From: Glaucostegus cemiculus
Taxonomy: Eukaryota
NCBI GenBank assembly: GCA_976551045.1
Contig: CDPCPM010000301.1
Coordinates: 1,240,001 to 1,304,000 of the forward strand
Direction of reading: 5' to 3'
DNA length: 64,000 bases
Position 1 is the stretch's first letter. Each line of letters starts with the position of its first letter. Position numbers and translations under genes: made by a program. Below, in pieces: positions 61,631-64,000 of the stretch. Under the pieces are notes generated by a model. It was not told the origin of the DNA. It saw nothing but the letters and a program-made list of their open reading frames with translations, and did no database searches.

Positions 61631-62252
61631 TAAAAAAACTTATGATGTAAGGGAATTGTGAAGAAAAACTTCTATCATTCTTATGATCTGGAACTCCTTG
61701 CCTATGAGTGTGATGGAAGAGAAATCAGTGTTTCAAATGAAAGTTGGACAAACTTGAGAGGGAATAATTTGCAGGACAATGATGAAAGATCTGGGAAATG
61801 GGAATGAAAGGAGTGTTCTACTTTAATCCAGTATGGATTCAACAGTCCAAATGGTCCCCTGAGCCACAAAAATTCAACATTCTAACAGTGGTGCTCATAC
61901 TATTTGTGATATTGATGTTGATGTTGCTTCTGCCATCAAAATACAAGGAAGGAAGTGATTCTCTTCAGATGGAAAATGAGGAAAAACTTTGATTATAGAA
62001 TTTCCATACTTAGTCTGTAACTATTCAATTAACACCACATGTTAGAAACAGAAAAATAGAAGCAGATGTAGGCCTGGTCCCCCTTTCAATAAATGGCTAA
62101 TTTTCCATTTCAATAACATATTTCCACTCTCTTGTTCCTTAATTCATTTTATTTTGCATTTTTCTCAAAGCAAGCCTCTATTAAAATCACAGAAATCTTC
62201 AGTATTTTGCTGAAGAGAATAAGTCACCCCAACCATTGATAATCTTACTTAC

Positions 62253-62530
62253 TTGTTTCTCCCCAAAGGAAAGGGAAGTCCAAGAAACTGGTCCATGTTC
62301 AAAAACCATAGGATTTTTATAAACTTCAAAGAATTGCCGTAGTTGCTTTAGGAAAATCTTCAGGTTCCTTTCATTCCATGTTGTAAGAGTATCAAATATT
62401 GATTGCACCATGATTTCACCTGCGAGTTGTTTTCCACGTTTTATATCCTTGTTTTCACTTTTAAAATAATCCAAAGGATTCCAACTTTTTTTGACTGGTG
62501 CACATATGATATCATCGTATTGATGCCATT
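62253..62530 (-). CDS. RNF213: RNF213 exon (WHQYDDIIC...GKQLAGEIMVQSIFDTLTTW...)
   Basis: taaacag acceptor, gtaagt donor, 278 nt, phase 1/0; resembles human WHQYYDIV...GKQIAAALMLDSTF. Confidence 0.92.
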
Positions 62531-62809
62531 CTGTTTAAAAACAAACGCACTCAGTTAGAAATGAACAAATACATGAGAATACCAAAACCCATCAGAAGTT
62601 TTCTCAAGCTCAATCTGTGTTTGTTTATTCTTTCCTTAAACGATTAACTGGGCTTGCCTTAATTCTGATGAGGGAAGCATATTTCATGTTGCACCACTGC
62701 TCACTTTAAAGGAATTCTTCTTCATCTCTCCTCACCCTCCAGAAATTAAATAGTTAATACTAATGAATGTGCATAAGTGCAAGGGACCAAAAATGGTTAA
62801 CAGAATAAC

Positions 62810-62925
62810 AGACAGAACCCTGGAAGAACTCAGCAGGTCAAGCAGCATCTGTGGAGGTAAAAGTATAAATTGACGTTTCAGGTCGAGATCCTGCATCAGG
62901 ACTGAGAAGGAACAGGAAAGATTGC
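62810..62925 (-). mobile_element. Penelope-derived short repeat with hammerhead-like core
   Basis: Minus strand cagtc-CTGATGC-aggatctcgacct-GAAAC-GTC-aattt. Confidence 0.72.
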
Positions 62926-63189
62926 CTGTACAGGTAATATCCATGTTACGGCAGTTCAGGTTACAGAAATTTGACCTTAACAAATTCACAAGCTACTACA
63001 ATAAAAAAATCTGGAATAGGGAATAAAATATAGCTCTCACAAAATTTATGTGAAAAAAACATAAATAAGCAATTTATGTCTTGATGCATGCACATATGAC
63101 GCAGCTTCACATTACGGAAGATTGTGATGCAGACTGTTTTCTCGGAATGTAACCCCTCCATAACTTGTGGGTCACCTGTATATAGCAGA

Positions 63190-63590
63190 ACGAAGGTGGT
63201 GGGGGGCCTGAAAAGAGGCTGGCAGGATATAGGTTGAACCAGATAAGGTGGGCATGACACACAGATGGAAATGGGTGGGGGAAGGGGGTGGGAAACTTGA
63301 TCAAAGGGAGAAGAAACCCAAAGGGGTCAGATGAAAGAGTGTGCACGAGGAGAACACCAAGGGTGTGGATTAGCTGAAATTGGAAAATTCAATATTCATA
63401 CCATTAGATTGTAAGCTACATCCATTTCCCATGTGTCTGCTGTGATCTCTCCCCCCCCCCCATACAGAACAGCAATAGCATTCCGTTGGTCTTCACCTTC
63501 ACCAGCCTTTGCATTCAAAACATCAACTTACATCTCTTGCCTCTGCAGACGCTGCTTGATCTACTGAGTTTTCTAGTGTTTTTCAGTAGC
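63190..63590. mobile_element. Penelope fragments in both orientations
   Basis: Minus-strand LQSNGMNIEFSNF; plus-strand IPLVFTF-like piece and pLTR block. Confidence 0.6.
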
Positions 63591-64000
63591 CAAGTGAGAG
63601 AAAAATATAGGATGGAGAGAATAACAGCGTATCATCCACAACTGGCATGAGTACAATATTGAAGAAGGAGCACAAAAGCAGATGACTCATCCAAACTTGC
63701 CAGCTCAATGAATGATTATCTACTCTATCTCAATACACTGCTCTTTCCCCATCAATCCTACAGGTTTTTCTCTAACAAGTATTCATTTAATTCCCTTGGA
63801 TTTTTCCATCCTTTTTGGTGATGGGCTTAAAATTGTATCAATTTATTGTGTAAGATCATCTGCATGTTATCACTGATTCTTTTGGTAATTATGCTAGATC
63901 TGGGTCCTCTCCTGAGGCAGAAACGTTTCACTAGGCTGATTCCTGGGATGAAGGGATGCTGGACTTTTTTTTTGCAATATTCCTGTGTAACTTATGTCAA

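Larger units (their letters stand above)
421..62530 (-). other. RNF213: RNF213 (mysterin) gene, internal part: 29 coding exons; gene extends beyond both window edges
   Basis: Exon translations match recalled human RNF213 in the correct order, from WHQYDDII (N-arm) through ELKVFVDLASISAGEND and the AAA motifs to RHTLWKRIQ. All introns are GT-AG, phases are consistent, and summed exon length is 9403 nt. Confidence 0.97.

Noticed and set aside
1-64000. CRISPR arrays, operons or prokaryotic defence systems
   Set aside because: No regularly spaced repeat-spacer array, and the sequence is a spliced vertebrate gene.

Overview
This is eukaryotic DNA, not prokaryotic. It is AT-rich, intron-rich and vertebrate; the HE1/V-SINE, HER1-like CR1, Rex1 and Penelope repeat complement points to a cartilaginous fish, probably a ray or other batoid (inference). 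The whole window lies inside one minus-strand gene, RNF213 (mysterin, the giant AAA+ ATPase/E3 ligase). I reconstructed 29 GT-AG exons by hand from 62530 down to 421. They join in frame with consistent phases (9403 nt, about 3134 codons) and include a 3588-nt exon carrying the AAA core. The N-terminus lies beyond the right edge and the RING/RZ E3 module beyond the left edge. Introns are filled with decayed mobile elements: a full-length but frameshifted CsRn1-clade Ty3/Gypsy retrotransposon (47427-51653; tRNA-Trp PBS, CHCC Gag knuckle, G GGA AAC -1 frameshift signal), CR1 and Rex1/Babar LINE fragments, a Penelope-like element, about 15 Penelope-derived short repeats with minimal hammerhead-ribozyme-like cores, and two V-SINE subfamilies sharing a head but carrying tails from different LINEs. 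Most short ORFs in the supplied track are antisense shadows or TE debris. I cannot show a wholly new system. The best leads are the intronic hammerhead-like motifs, the SINE tail swap and the CsRn1-type element. Repeat boundaries are approximate, and protein comparisons are from memory of human RNF213, not from a database search.
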